Shown one piece after another: positions 36,486 to 50,785 of a stretch of 64,000 nucleotides of DNA. Position numbers and translations under genes: made by a program. Position 1 is the first letter of the stretch. Every line of letters begins with the position of its first letter. The stretch covers positions 5,568,001 to 5,632,000 of the forward strand of contig OZ245002.1 of assembly GCA_965223415.1 (NCBI GenBank). Reading direction: 5' to 3'. Under the pieces are notes generated by a model. It saw only the letters and a program-made list of their open reading frames with translations. It was not told where the DNA came from and made no database searches. This DNA is from Myxococcota bacterium. GTDB taxonomy: Bacteria > Myxococcota_A > UBA9160 > UBA6930.

Positions 36486-38021
36486 ATGAACGGCGCCGAA
36501 GCCATGATCCGCACCGCCCGCGAGGCCGGCGTCGAGATCTGCTTCGCCAACCCCGGGACGACCGAGATGCCGCTGGTCGCCGCCCTCGACGCGGTGCCGG
36601 AGATGCGCGCCGTGCTGGGCCTGTTCGAGGGCGTGTGCACGGGCGCGGCCGACGGATACGGCCGGATGACGGGGCGCCCTGCCCTCACCCTGCTGCACCT
36701 GGGGCCGGGCTTCGCCAACGGCATCGCCAACCTCCACAACGCGCGGCGCGCGCGGACGCCCGTCGTCAACCTGATCGGAGACCAGGCGAGCTGGCACCTG
36801 GCGGCGGACGCGCCGCTCACCTCGGACATCGCATCGCTCGCGCGGCCAGTGGGCTGGGTGCGCGGCGTGGCCGACGCGGCGGACGCGGCCCCGGCGATGG
36901 CCGAGGCGATCGCCGCCGCCCAGGGACCGCCGGGGCAGGTCGCCAGCCTGGTGGTGCCGGTGGACGCCACCTGGGACCCGGCGGACGCGACACTTCCTCG
37001 TGTCACGACCGGCGGCCCCCGGGTGGTCGAGGACGCCCGGCTGGAGGACGCGGCGGACGCGATCCGCGGCGCGGCCCGGGCCGTCGTCCTCCTCGGCGGC
37101 GACGGGCTCGGCGAGGCGGGCCTGCGCGCGGCCCATCGGCTGGCCTCGGCCGGGGTCGAGGTGCGGGTGGAGACCTTCAGTGCGCGCATCGAGCGCGGGG
37201 CCACGCTGCCGGACTTCCCGCGCCTTCCCTACTTCCCGGAGCAGGCGATGGAGGTCCTCGCCGGGACGTCCCATCTGCTCCTGGCCGGCGCCCTGTCACC
37301 GGTCGCGTTCTTTGGCTACCGGGACGGGAAGAGCGAGCTGGCGCCGCCCGACACTCGGGAGATTTCCCTGGCCGAGCCCGGTGAAGACGTGGCGGGTGCG
37401 CTGGCGGCCGTGGCCGATCGCCTGGGTGCGGAGGCGAAGCCGAAGTGGGCAGAGCCGCCGTGCCCGGAGCCGGCCGAGGGCGCCCTCGACCCGGGCACCC
37501 TCGGCCGCACCCTCGCGGCGTTGCAGCCCGAAGGTGCGATCGTCGTGGACGAGGGCGCCACCACCGGCTTCGGCTACACGCCTTTCGCAACTGCCGCCCC
37601 GGCCCACACCACCCTCGGCCTGACCGGCGGCGCCATCGGCCAGGGCCTTCCCTGCGCCACCGGCGCCGCCCTGGCCTGTCCGGACCGGCCGGTCATCGCC
37701 TTCCAGGCCGACGGCTCGGGCCTGTACACCCTCCAGGCCCTGTGGACCCAGGCCCGCGAGGCCCTCGACGTCACCACGATCCTCTGCGCCAACCGCAGCT
37801 ACCGCATCCTCCAGGTCGAGCTGGCCCGCGCCGGGATCGCGGAGCCCGGCCCGAAGGCCCAGAGCCTCACGGACCTGCGCCGCCCCGAGATCGACTGGAC
37901 CGCCGCGGCCCGGGCTTTCGGCGTCCCCGCCACCCGCGTCGACACCGCCGAAGCTTTCGCCGACGCGTTCCGCCGCGCCCAGTCCACCCCCGGCCCCCAC
38001 CTCATCGAAGCTCTCCTCTAG
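36486..38021 (+). CDS. Acetolactate synthase large subunit-like ThDP enzyme
   Basis: [39 protein letters not shown]. Confidence 0.88.
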   Translation: MNGAEAMIRTAREAGVEICFANPGTTEMPLVAALDAVPEMRAVLGLFEGVCTGAADGYGRMTGRPALTLLHLGPGFANGIANLHNARRARTPVVNLIGDQASWHLAADAPLTSDIASLARPVGWVRGVADAADAAPAMAEAIAAAQGPPGQVASLVVPVDATWDPADATLPRVTTGGPRVVEDARLEDAADAIRGAARAVVLLGGDGLGEAGLRAAHRLASAGVEVRVETFSARIERGATLPDFPRLPYFPEQAMEVLAGTSHLLLAGALSPVAFFGYRDGKSELAPPDTREISLAEPGEDVAGALAAVADRLGAEAKPKWAEPPCPEPAEGALDPGTLGRTLAALQPEGAIVVDEGATTGFGYTPFATAAPAHTTLGLTGGAIGQGLPCATGAALACPDRPVIAFQADGSGLYTLQALWTQAREALDVTTILCANRSYRILQVELARAGIAEPGPKAQSLTDLRRPEIDWTAAARAFGVPATRVDTAEAFADAFRRAQSTPGPHLIEALL

Positions 38022-39216
38022 ACGCAGCATCGCCGGTGTCGGGTCGGCAGATGGTGTGGAGATCGGTGTCGTCGACTTCGGGTTTGTGGGCGGCGATAGA
38101 CTGGAAGCGGCGGAAGGCCTGCTCCAGGTCGGACTCCCCGAGGCGGTAGCCCAGGGCGGCGACCCGCTCGGAGAAGCCGGTGCGCCCGGAGAGCTTGCCC
38201 AGGACGATCTGGGTGCCGACCCGATGGCCCACCGCAGCCGGGTCGAGGACCTCGTAGGTCTCGCGCTCCTTGAGCACGCCGTCCTGGTGGATGCCGGAGG
38301 CGTGACGAAAGGCGTTCGCACCGACCACGGCCTTGTTGGGCGGGACCCGGATGCCTGAGCGGGCCTCCACCAGCTCGGAGACGCGGCCCATGCCGGTCAT
38401 GTCGACACCGGTCGCGACGCCCAGGCGCTCGCCGTGCACGGACAACCCGGCGACCACCTCTTCGAAGGCGGTGTTTCCCGCCCGCTCGCCGATCCCGTTG
38501 ACGGCCACCTCCACCTGACGCGCCCCCGCCGCCACCGCCGCCAGGGCGTTGGCACTGGCCAGGCCCAGGTCGTCCTGGCCGTGGAACGAGACGACGGCCT
38601 CGGGCACCGCCCGCCGCACCAGGGAGACGAGCCAGGTCACCTGGTCCGGGGCCGCGCAGCCGACCGTGTCCGGCAGGTTGATCGTGCCGGCGCCCGCATC
38701 GACGGCGGCCCGGGCCAGCTCCGCCACGAAGGCGCGATCCGCGCGGGTGGCGTCCATGGGGCTGAACTCCACGTCGTCGGTGAACTCCCGCGCGCTCCGC
38801 ACCATCGCCGCCGCCATCGCGACCACCTGCTCGCGGCTCTTGCGCAGCTGGTGGGCGAGCTGCATGTCCGAAGAGTTGACGAAGACGTGGATGCGGGGCG
38901 CCTCGGCGTGCCGCAGGGCCTCCCCCGCCGCCGCCACGTCCTTCGGGACCGCCCGCGCCAGGGCGCAGACCGTGGCACTGCGCACGTTCGCCGCCACCTC
39001 GGCCACCGCCCGGCACTCCTCGGACGAGCTCACCGGGAAGCCGGCCTCGATCACGTCCACGCCCATGCCGGCGAGAGCGAGCGCGATCTCGACCTTGTCG
39101 TCGGCGGAGAAGCAGACCCCGGCGGTCTGCTCACCGTCGCGCAGGGTGGTGTCGAAGACCACCACGCGCTCGGGATCAGGATCGGAATCGGGCTCGGTTC
39201 GGCTTCGCTCGGACAT
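38002..39216 (-). CDS. leuA: 2-isopropylmalate synthase, short form without C-terminal regulatory domain
   Basis: FDTTLRDGEQ, NLPDTVG, GIGERAGN, HASGIHQDG, LGKLSG; Leu-rich leader upstream. Confidence 0.9.
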   Translation of the reverse strand: MSERSRTEPDSDPDPERVVVFDTTLRDGEQTAGVCFSADDKVEIALALAGMGVDVIEAGFPVSSSEECRAVAEVAANVRSATVCALARAVPKDVAAAGEALRHAEAPRIHVFVNSSDMQLAHQLRKSREQVVAMAAAMVRSAREFTDDVEFSPMDATRADRAFVAELARAAVDAGAGTINLPDTVGCAAPDQVTWLVSLVRRAVPEAVVSFHGQDDLGLASANALAAVAAGARQVEVAVNGIGERAGNTAFEEVVAGLSVHGERLGVATGVDMTGMGRVSELVEARSGIRVPPNKAVVGANAFRHASGIHQDGVLKERETYEVLDPAAVGHRVGTQIVLGKLSGRTGFSERVAALGYRLGESDLEQAFRRFQSIAAHKPEVDDTDLHTICRPDTGDAASRGELR

Positions 39217-39273
39217 GGGTTCGCTCCGTCGGTGCCGTCCGGCCGGAATGCGGGCAACCCTTGCCCAGAGGGA

Positions 39274-39311
39274 CGAAACCCTCTCCGGCCGTTCGGCGGG
39301 AGAGGGTTTCG
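39274..39311 (-). terminator. Attenuator hairpin of leuA leader
   Basis: 13-bp stem CGAAACCCTCTCC/GGAGAGGGTTTCG; 5' arm can pair alternatively with leader GGGGGAGGTTCGC. Confidence 0.7.
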
Positions 39312-39332
39312 CTGAGCCGCGCGGTGTGTGCG

Positions 39333-39404
39333 CTAGCGAACCTCCCCCGCCCTGCGAAGGAGCAGGCCGAGGGAGAGCAGCTGGCGAGTCACGCGACCGT
39401 TCAT
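39333..39404 (-). CDS. leuL: Leucine leader peptide MNGRVTRQLLSLGLLLRRAGEVR
   Basis: Six Leu codons in eight positions; between a promoter and the attenuator hairpin. Confidence 0.75.
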   Translation of the reverse strand: MNGRVTRQLLSLGLLLRRAGEVR

Positions 39405-39413
39405 GGTCCGGCG

Positions 39414-39442
39414 AGTATCGGCAGGCCGACGGCGCGAGTCAA
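39414..39442 (-). promoter_or_regulatory. Putative sigma70 promoter of leu leader
   Basis: TTGACT-17 nt-GATACT, 9 nt before the leader ATG. Confidence 0.6.
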
Positions 39443-39456
39443 GCCCGACCGCGCCC

Positions 39457-40029
39457 CTAGACGCCCAGCAGCTCTCCCAGGCGGTTCGGATCGAAGCCGA
39501 TCACCAGCTGGCCGTCGATGTCGATGGTCGGCGTCGCCCAGCGCCCCACGCGGCCGCGCAGGGCCTCCTGGGCCCGCTCGGAGCGGATGTCGAGCTCGGT
39601 GTAGGGAATGTCGTGGCGCTCGAACCAGCGGGCGGCGGACTCGCAGGCGTGGCAGCCGGGCGAGCTGAACATCACCACCTCGTGGGAGGCGGTGGCGAAG
39701 GGCCGCGACACAGCGCGACCCACCGGCCGGGCGGGAGACGGTGACGGCGCCGCGATCTCGATCCGCCCGACGTCGCCCCGCTCGTGCGGGGGCACCTGCT
39801 CCAGGGAATCGACGAACTGGACCGTCCCGCTGTCGTCGACGTACTGGTAGAGAACGCGCTGGGCGCCGCCGGAGGGCTCGGCAGACCCGGTCGCGAGGTC
39901 CAAGGGCGGGTCGAAGCTCCCCGCCTCCGCCCACTCCGCCAGCAGGCCCGAGGCGTGGTGGGAGAGCACCCAACCGCCGGCCGCCGAGACGACCACCATG
40001 CCGAGCAGTGCCAGGAGGAACGTCCGCAT
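39457..40029 (-). CDS. Membrane-anchored glutaredoxin-like protein
   Basis: N-terminal TM, LYQYVDDSGTVQFVD segment, CHAC motif, TPTIDIDG..IGFD. Confidence 0.78.
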   Translation of the reverse strand: MRTFLLALLGMVVVSAAGGWVLSHHASGLLAEWAEAGSFDPPLDLATGSAEPSGGAQRVLYQYVDDSGTVQFVDSLEQVPPHERGDVGRIEIAAPSPSPARPVGRAVSRPFATASHEVVMFSSPGCHACESAARWFERHDIPYTELDIRSERAQEALRGRVGRWATPTIDIDGQLVIGFDPNRLGELLGV

Positions 40030-40061
40030 GACGGGCCTATCGGCCGGACGGCCGCCGTTCT

Positions 40062-42425
40062 CTACCCCACGCCGACCAGGGTCAGGCGCTCTCCCCAGCG
40101 GGTGCGGACCGAGCGGGCCAGACCCGGAGCCCGGCGCAAGCCCGGGTCCGCCCGCAGGGTCGCGGTGGCGGCCTCCCGGGCCACGGCCACGAGCCGGGCG
40201 TCCCGCACGAGATCGGCGAAACGCAGGTCCGGGAGCTTGCCGTGCTGGCGGGTGCCGAGGAACTCCCCGGGCCCCCGGATGCGCAGGTCGGCGTCGGCGA
40301 TCCGGAAGCCGTCGGTCGTCTCGAGCATCGCCCGCAGGCGGGCCTCGCTGTCCTCTCCGCCACCCCGGGCCACGAGGACGCAGGTGCCCGGGCGCTCGCC
40401 GCGACCCACCCGCCCCCGCAGCTGGTGGAGCTGCGCCAGGCCGAAGCGTTCCGCGTGCTCCACCACCATGAGCGTGGCCGCCGGCACGTCCACGCCCACT
40501 TCGATCACGGTCGTCGAGACCAGGATCCGGGTCTCGCCCGTGGTGAAGCGCGCCATCGCCGCCGTCCGCGCGGCGGCGTCGAGGCGGCCGTGCACCAGGT
40601 CGACCTGCGCGTCGGGAAAGGCGGCGCGAATCCGCTCCGTGCTCTCGGTGGCGGCGCGCAGGTCGATCTTCTCGGATTCCTCGACCAGCGGGTACACCAC
40701 GTACACCTGCTCCCCCCGGTCCAGCGCCTCGCGCACGAGCCGCGTCACCTGCTCGCCCTCGCCCTCGCGGAGCAGCAGGGTCTCGGTGGGGCGGCGGCCG
40801 GGCGGCAGCTCGTCGATCACCGAGAGGTCGAGGTCTCCGTAGAGGGTGAGGGCCAGGCTGCGGGGGATCGGCGTGGCGGTCATGACCAGCGCGTGGGGAC
40901 TGACACCGCCCGGTGTCTTCGCGGCCAGGGCGGCGCGTTGCAGCACGCCGAAACGGTGCTGCTCGTCGATCACGACCAGGGCGAGGCGGGCGAAGGCCAC
41001 GTCGCCCTGCACCAGGGCGTGGGTGCCGACGACGAGGTCGACATCGCCCGCGGCCAGGGCCGCGCGCACCGCCGCAGCCCCGGGGGCCGAGGAGGTGAGC
41101 AGGCCGACCCGCAGGCCCGTGCCCCCGAGCAGCGACCGGAGGGTGCGCTCGTGCTGCTCGGCGAGCAGCTCGGTCGGCGCCATCAGCGCGGCCTGGTGAC
41201 CGGCCCGGGCCGCCACGACCGCCGCCAGGGCCGCGACGGCGGTCTTCCCGCTGCCGACGTCGCCCTGGAGGAGCCGGTTCATCGGGTGCGGCGCCGTCAG
41301 GTCGCGCCGGATCTCGCTCCAGGCCCGGCGTTGGGCACCGGTCAGGGCGAAGGGCAGCGCTGCCTCGGCCTCGCGCAGCGTCGCGTCGTCGGCGGGCAGG
41401 GCGATGCCTGGCTCCGCGGCGCGTTCCGCCCGGCGCTGGGCGAGCCCCACCTCGAGCAGGTAGAGCTCCTCGAGCACCAGCCGCTCGTGGGCCGGGGTGG
41501 TGCGCTCGCGCAGGGCCTCGAGATCCGGCTCGGGCCCCGGCTGGTGGATCTCGCGCAGCGCGTCGGGCGTCGGCGGCAGCCCGCGCGCCCGGGCGAGGGC
41601 CGCGGGCAGGGTGCTGGGCACGAGATCGGCGAAGTGCTCCACCGCCACGGCGACGAGCCGCCGGAAGGTCCGCGGCGGGACGCCTTCGGGCACCGGGTAG
41701 TCGGGCACGACCGCCTCGCCGTGCTCGGCACCGCCCTCCTCCTCCGCGAGCCGGTCGATCTCCGGGTGGGTGATCTCCTTCGAGAAGCGGTAGCGGCGCA
41801 CGTCGCCAGTCACCCGCAGGCGGACGCCCTTCGCGACGGTCTTCTGCAGGGATTCGCCGCCGCGGAACCACTTCAGGGTCACGGTGCCGGTTCCATCGCC
41901 GACGACCGCCTGGAAGAGCCGCCCGCGGCGGCCTCGCCCGCGCATCGGGACGAAGTCCGCGAGCAGCACCTCCCCTTCGAAGGTCGCGCGGGTGCCGACC
42001 TCGAGGGCGCCGACCGCGACCCGCTCGCGCCGGTCGTCATAGCGGCTCGGGAGGTGGAAGAGCAGGTCGACCACCGTGCGCAGGCCGCGCTTCGCGAGGG
42101 CCTCGGCCCGCTTGCCGCCGATCCCCGGCAGGGTGGCGATGGGCCGCCCGATGGTGCGATCGGCGAAGTCCGGGGCCTCGAGAGGCGCCAGCAGCTCCAG
42201 GGCCCGGGCGACGGCCTGGCGGCGCGCCTCTCCTTCGAGGGGCTCGCCGAAGGGCTCCGCCAGCCGCGCCAGGGTCTTCCGGACGTCCGGCGGAATCGCC
42301 ATGCGCACGGCCCGCTCGACGGCGCCCAGCACCGTCGCCTCGAGGCCCTGCAGGCGCTCCGCCCGCTCGCCCGCAGCGAACTCGAGAGGCCTGCGAATCG
42401 CCTCGAGGGCCGCCGGAAAGTCCAC
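40062..42425 (-). CDS. recG: ATP-dependent DNA helicase RecG
   Basis: MNRLLQGDVGSGKT, IDEQHRFG, MTATPIPR, QLHQLRGRVGRG. Confidence 0.96.
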   Translation of the reverse strand: MDFPAALEAIRRPLEFAAGERAERLQGLEATVLGAVERAVRMAIPPDVRKTLARLAEPFGEPLEGEARRQAVARALELLAPLEAPDFADRTIGRPIATLPGIGGKRAEALAKRGLRTVVDLLFHLPSRYDDRRERVAVGALEVGTRATFEGEVLLADFVPMRGRGRRGRLFQAVVGDGTGTVTLKWFRGGESLQKTVAKGVRLRVTGDVRRYRFSKEITHPEIDRLAEEEGGAEHGEAVVPDYPVPEGVPPRTFRRLVAVAVEHFADLVPSTLPAALARARGLPPTPDALREIHQPGPEPDLEALRERTTPAHERLVLEELYLLEVGLAQRRAERAAEPGIALPADDATLREAEAALPFALTGAQRRAWSEIRRDLTAPHPMNRLLQGDVGSGKTAVAALAAVVAARAGHQAALMAPTELLAEQHERTLRSLLGGTGLRVGLLTSSAPGAAAVRAALAAGDVDLVVGTHALVQGDVAFARLALVVIDEQHRFGVLQRAALAAKTPGGVSPHALVMTATPIPRSLALTLYGDLDLSVIDELPPGRRPTETLLLREGEGEQVTRLVREALDRGEQVYVVYPLVEESEKIDLRAATESTERIRAAFPDAQVDLVHGRLDAAARTAAMARFTTGETRILVSTTVIEVGVDVPAATLMVVEHAERFGLAQLHQLRGRVGRGERPGTCVLVARGGGEDSEARLRAMLETTDGFRIADADLRIRGPGEFLGTRQHGKLPDLRFADLVRDARLVAVAREAATATLRADPGLRRAPGLARSVRTRWGERLTLVGVG

Positions 42426-42517
42426 CCGCCGAGGGTAGCGGCCCCACGTGTTGCGTTAGGGGCCGGTTCCGTTCGTTGCGTTGCCGGGCGTTGCGTCGGG
42501 GGCCGGTTCCATACGGC

Positions 42518-45730
<3,213 letters not shown>

Positions 45731-45767
45731 CAGATCCTCTCGGCTTCGATCGTGCTGCGCTTGAGCA

Positions 45768-46973
45768 TCAGAGTCCCTTGGCGATCTGGGCGCCGCTCAC
45801 CTGCTCGCCGGCTTTGTGTCGGAGGGTCATGGTGCGGAAGCGCTCGAAGAAGTAGCGAACGTCGTGGGGGCCGGGAGAGGCTTCCGGGTGGTACTGGACG
45901 GAGAAGAGCGGTCGCTCCCGGTGGGCGAGGCCCTCGACGGTCTGGTCGTTCAGGTTCACGTGGGTGATCTCGACGGGCTCGCCGGCCTGCTCGAGGGAGT
46001 CGGCCTCCACCGCGTAGCCGTGGTTCTCGGAGCAGATGGCGACCTTGCCCGTGGCCAGGTCCTTGCCCGGCTGGTTGCCCCCGTGATGGCCGAACTTGAG
46101 CTTGCGGGTCCGGCCGCCCAGGGCGAGCCCGAGGATCTGGTGACCGAGGCAGATGCCGAAGAGGGGCAGATCCTGGGAGAGGGAGCGCACGTGGTCGCGC
46201 ACGCCCTGCACCGCCGCCGGGTCGCCCGGTCCGTTCGAGAGGAACACCGCGTCGGGACGCTCGGCGCGCACCTCGTCGGCGGAGGTGGTGGCCGGCACGA
46301 CGGTCACGTCGAAGCCGTGGTCGACGAGCAGGCGCAGGATGTTCCGCTTGACCCCGAAGTCGTAGGCCACCACCCGCAGGCGCGGCTCGGGTACGGGCGA
46401 GGGCGGAAGCTGGCCGGCGATGCCCTCCCAGCCGCCTTCGCTCCACTCGTAGGGGGCGGAGCAGGTGACGTCGGCGACCAGGTCCTGCGCTTCGAGGGGC
46501 GGCGCGCTCCGGGCCCGCTCGAGGAGCGCCGCCTCGTCCTGCTGGGCAGGATCGGTGCTGAGCACGCCGTTCTGGAAGCCGTGGTCGCGGATCCGCCGGA
46601 CCAGGGCGCGCGTATCCAGGCCAGAGATGGCCGGGATCCCGTTGCGCTCCAAGTAGCCCGGCAGGCTCTCGCGTGCCCGGAAGTTCGAGGGCTCCTCGAA
46701 CAGCTCCTTCACGATGAAGCCGCGCAGGAAGGGCCGCTCCGCCTCGTCGTCGACCGGGTTGGCGCCGACGTTCCCGATCTGGGGATAGGTCAGGGTCACG
46801 AGCTGGCCCGCGTAGGAGGGATCCGAGAGGATCTCCTGGTAGCCGGTCATGCTCGTGTTGAAGCAGACCTCGCCGGCCGCGACGGCGGCGGCGCCGTGGG
46901 CCCGCCCGCGGAAGACCGTGCCGTCGGCCAGCACGAGCCGCGCCGGCCGGGGAAGGGAGGGAGGCGTACTCAC
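45768..46973 (-). CDS. carA: Carbamoyl-phosphate synthase small subunit
   Basis: [35 protein letters not shown]. Confidence 0.96.
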   Translation of the reverse strand: MSTPPSLPRPARLVLADGTVFRGRAHGAAAVAAGEVCFNTSMTGYQEILSDPSYAGQLVTLTYPQIGNVGANPVDDEAERPFLRGFIVKELFEEPSNFRARESLPGYLERNGIPAISGLDTRALVRRIRDHGFQNGVLSTDPAQQDEAALLERARSAPPLEAQDLVADVTCSAPYEWSEGGWEGIAGQLPPSPVPEPRLRVVAYDFGVKRNILRLLVDHGFDVTVVPATTSADEVRAERPDAVFLSNGPGDPAAVQGVRDHVRSLSQDLPLFGICLGHQILGLALGGRTRKLKFGHHGGNQPGKDLATGKVAICSENHGYAVEADSLEQAGEPVEITHVNLNDQTVEGLAHRERPLFSVQYHPEASPGPHDVRYFFERFRTMTLRHKAGEQVSGAQIAKGL

Positions 46974-48265
46974 GGAACGATCACCCCCCGGTCCACGTGG
47001 TAGACGAGGCCGCCGTCGACGAAGGTGGCCACCGGCCGCCCGATCATCTCCTGCCCGGCCCACGGAGAGTTCCGGCTCTTCGAGTAGCCCTTGGCCGGGT
47101 CGTAGACCCACCTGCGTTCCGGGTCGAGCACGGCGACGTCCCCTGGCGCGCCCCGCGCGAGCCGCCCGCCGGGAAGGCCGAACACCTGGGCCGGGTTCGA
47201 GGTGAGCGACGCGATCAGGGTGGTCACCGGGATGCGGTCCTCGCGGACGAGCCCCATCACCACCGGGTAGGCCGTCTCGAACCCCAGGACGCCGGGGGGC
47301 GCCTCGGTGAACTCCACCTCCTTCTCGTGGACCGCGTGGGGCGCGTGGTCGGTGGCGATGGCGTCGAGGGTGCCGTCGGCCAGGCCCTGGACGCAGGCCT
47401 CCACGTCGGCGCGGCTGCGCAGCGGCGGCGCCATCTTCGTGTTCGTGTCGTAGCCCAGGGAGGCCTCGTCGGTGAGTGCCAGGTGGTGGGGCGTCACCTC
47501 CGCGGTCACGTGGACGCCGCGCTCCCGGGCCTCCCGGATCTGCGCGACGGCGCCGGCGGTCGAGACGTGGCCGACGTGGAGATGGGCTCCGGTGAGCTCG
47601 GCCAGCTGGATGTCCCGGGCGACGTGGACGGTCTCGGCCACGGCAGGATTGCCCGGAAGCCCGAGCCGGGTCGAGATGGGGCCTTCGTTTACGACCCCCT
47701 CCCGCACCAGGGTGCGATCCTCCGCGTGCACCATCACCGGCTTCTCGACCAGCCGCGAGTACTCGAGCACGCGGCGCTGCATGTCGCTGTCCATGATCGT
47801 GCGCCCGTCGTCGCTGAAGGCGACGGCGCCGGCCTCGACCAGGGCGGACATCTCGGTCATCACCTCGCCCTGGAGCCCCTTCGTGGCAGCCGCGACCGGG
47901 TAGATGCGCACCGGGCAATCCTGCCGCGCTCGATCGAGGATGTAGTCGGTCACCGCCGGGTCGTCGTTCGCGGGCTGCGTGTTGGCCATGCAGGCCAGGC
48001 CGGTGAAGCCTCCGGCCGCTCCCGCCCGGCCGCCGGAGGAAATGTCCTCCTTGTACTCCTGGCCGGGCTCGCGCAGGTGGGTGTGGAGGTCGATGAACCC
48101 CGGGGTCACCCAGCAGCCTTCGGCGTCCAGGGTCTCGGCGTCGGGGGCGGAGATGTCGTGACCGACGGCCTCCACCCGGCCGTCCTCGAGCAGCACGTCG
48201 GCAACCTCGTCCCGCCCACTGGCCGGGTCGATCACCCGTCCTCCTCGGATCCAGACTCGTCCCAT
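46970..48265 (-). CDS. pyrC: Dihydroorotase
   Basis: [24 protein letters not shown]. Confidence 0.95.
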   Translation of the reverse strand: MGRVWIRGGRVIDPASGRDEVADVLLEDGRVEAVGHDISAPDAETLDAEGCWVTPGFIDLHTHLREPGQEYKEDISSGGRAGAAGGFTGLACMANTQPANDDPAVTDYILDRARQDCPVRIYPVAAATKGLQGEVMTEMSALVEAGAVAFSDDGRTIMDSDMQRRVLEYSRLVEKPVMVHAEDRTLVREGVVNEGPISTRLGLPGNPAVAETVHVARDIQLAELTGAHLHVGHVSTAGAVAQIREARERGVHVTAEVTPHHLALTDEASLGYDTNTKMAPPLRSRADVEACVQGLADGTLDAIATDHAPHAVHEKEVEFTEAPPGVLGFETAYPVVMGLVREDRIPVTTLIASLTSNPAQVFGLPGGRLARGAPGDVAVLDPERRWVYDPAKGYSKSRNSPWAGQEMIGRPVATFVDGGLVYHVDRGVIVP

Positions 48266-48267
48266 GG

Positions 48268-49202
<935 letters not shown>

Positions 49203-49206
<4 letters not shown>

Positions 49207-49829
49207 GCCGGCGCCCCCCCGGACCCGGACCCGGCGCGCAGGAGCACCACCTCGAGGGGATCGCCCTGGGCCCCGTCCTCGGTCCGCATCTTCACCAGGT
49301 CGTCGCGCTGCGTGGGGATGTTCTTGCCCACGTAGTCGATCTTGATCGGCAGCTCCCGGTGGCCGCGGTCGACCAGGGCCACCACCTGCACCGCCCGGGG
49401 GCGCCCGAAGTCCATCAGCGCGTCCATGGCGGCGCGGATCGTGCGGCCGGTGCTGCACACGTCGTCCACCAGGATCACCACCCGGTCGTCGACGGCGGAG
49501 GGCATCTCGGTAAGGCGCAGCTGGGGACGCCGGCCGCTCGAGATCAGGTCGTCCCGATAGAGGGTCGTGTCGAGGACCCCCACCAGCGGCTCCTGGTCGG
49601 CCACATCGGCGAGGTTCTCGGCCAGCCGCCGGGCCAGGGGCACCCCGCCGTTGGGGATGCCGACGAGGTAGAGGATCTCCGTGTCCTCGTTGCGCTCGAC
49701 GATCTCGTGGGCGATGCGCATGAGGGCGCGCCGGATCGCGACGCCGTCCATCAGGACCTGGGACACGAGGGGCGGGCCTTCCGACGATGCGCCGGCGTTC
49801 GTCTGGCCTTGAGGGGAGTGGTTCGCCAC
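49203..49829 (-). CDS. pyrR: Pyrimidine regulatory protein PyrR/UPRTase
   Basis: [37 protein letters not shown]. Confidence 0.95.
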
Positions 49830-49835
49830 CTCGGT

Positions 49836-49868
49836 CCTTTCCCCGCCTCACCGGACGGGATTAAAAGG
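49836..49868 (-). promoter_or_regulatory. PyrR-binding RNA element overlapping the pyrR RBS
   Basis: CCUUUUAA-UCCC-GUCCGGUGAGGC-GGGG-AAAGG matches the PyrR binding-loop consensus. Confidence 0.8.
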
Positions 49869-49939
49869 TCTCGAGCCGGCGCGGAGGATACCCACTCGGG
49901 GGCCCCCTGCCACGAACGGCGTTCGGGGCCCGCAGGCGG

Positions 49940-50785
49940 CTAGCCCGCGGCGTTCTCCGGGACCGGCGGCAGCGCCTCCCCCTCCTCGAAGCACTCGGAG
50001 AGACCGCCCATCCGACCCCAGCGGGTCTCCCCGGTGAGGTTCCGGATCCAGGTCAGGGGGTTCAGCAGCTCGAGCCAGCCGCCGTTCCAGTTCCAGGACC
50101 AGTAGAGCAGGCCGGCCGGCCCGGCGAGCTCATTGCGACGGACGGTTCCGAAGCGGCGCCCGTCGTGGGAGTTGTCCCGGTTGTCGCCCATGAAGAAGAA
50201 GCGGCCTTCCTTCACGGTGAGCTCGGGAACGTCCGGATGCAGGAACCGCGGGTCGTCGAGCACGAAGTGCCGGCAGGAGCCCAGGGTCTCGACGTGGACG
50301 TCGAAGCGCCGGCCGCTCGCGTCGGTGAAGGTGCGCCCGGTGTCCTCGAGGGGAAGGGTCGTCCCGTTCAGGATCAGACGCTGGTCCCGATAGGCGATGC
50401 GGTCGCCGGGGAGGCCCACGAGGCGCTTCACGAAGGCGTCCGTGCGCAGGCCCTCCCGCTGATCGGCGGGGTAGATGCCCCCTCGGCCGTCCCGGGCCAG
50501 ATCGAAGACGATGATCTCGCCGCGCTCGGGATCGCGCAGGGAGGGCAGCTGGATCTCGGTGAAGGGCACCCGGGCGCCGAAGACGAACTTGTTGACGAAC
50601 ACGTGGTCGCCCACGAGGAGCGTCGGGAACATCGAGTCCGATGGCACGTAGAAGGTCTGGAAGAGGAAGGTCCGGATCAGGAGCGCGACGGCGACGGCGG
50701 CGGCCAGGGTCGGCAGCTCTTCCAGGAAGGTCGGCTTGGCCGGGGGCTCCTCCTCTTCGGCCCGGGCCTCCGCGCGGTCGTTCAC
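49940..50785 (-). CDS. lepB: Signal peptidase I
   Basis: [32 protein letters not shown]. Confidence 0.95.
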   Translation of the reverse strand: MNDRAEARAEEEEPPAKPTFLEELPTLAAAVAVALLIRTFLFQTFYVPSDSMFPTLLVGDHVFVNKFVFGARVPFTEIQLPSLRDPERGEIIVFDLARDGRGGIYPADQREGLRTDAFVKRLVGLPGDRIAYRDQRLILNGTTLPLEDTGRTFTDASGRRFDVHVETLGSCRHFVLDDPRFLHPDVPELTVKEGRFFFMGDNRDNSHDGRRFGTVRRNELAGPAGLLYWSWNWNGGWLELLNPLTWIRNLTGETRWGRMGGLSECFEEGEALPPVPENAAG

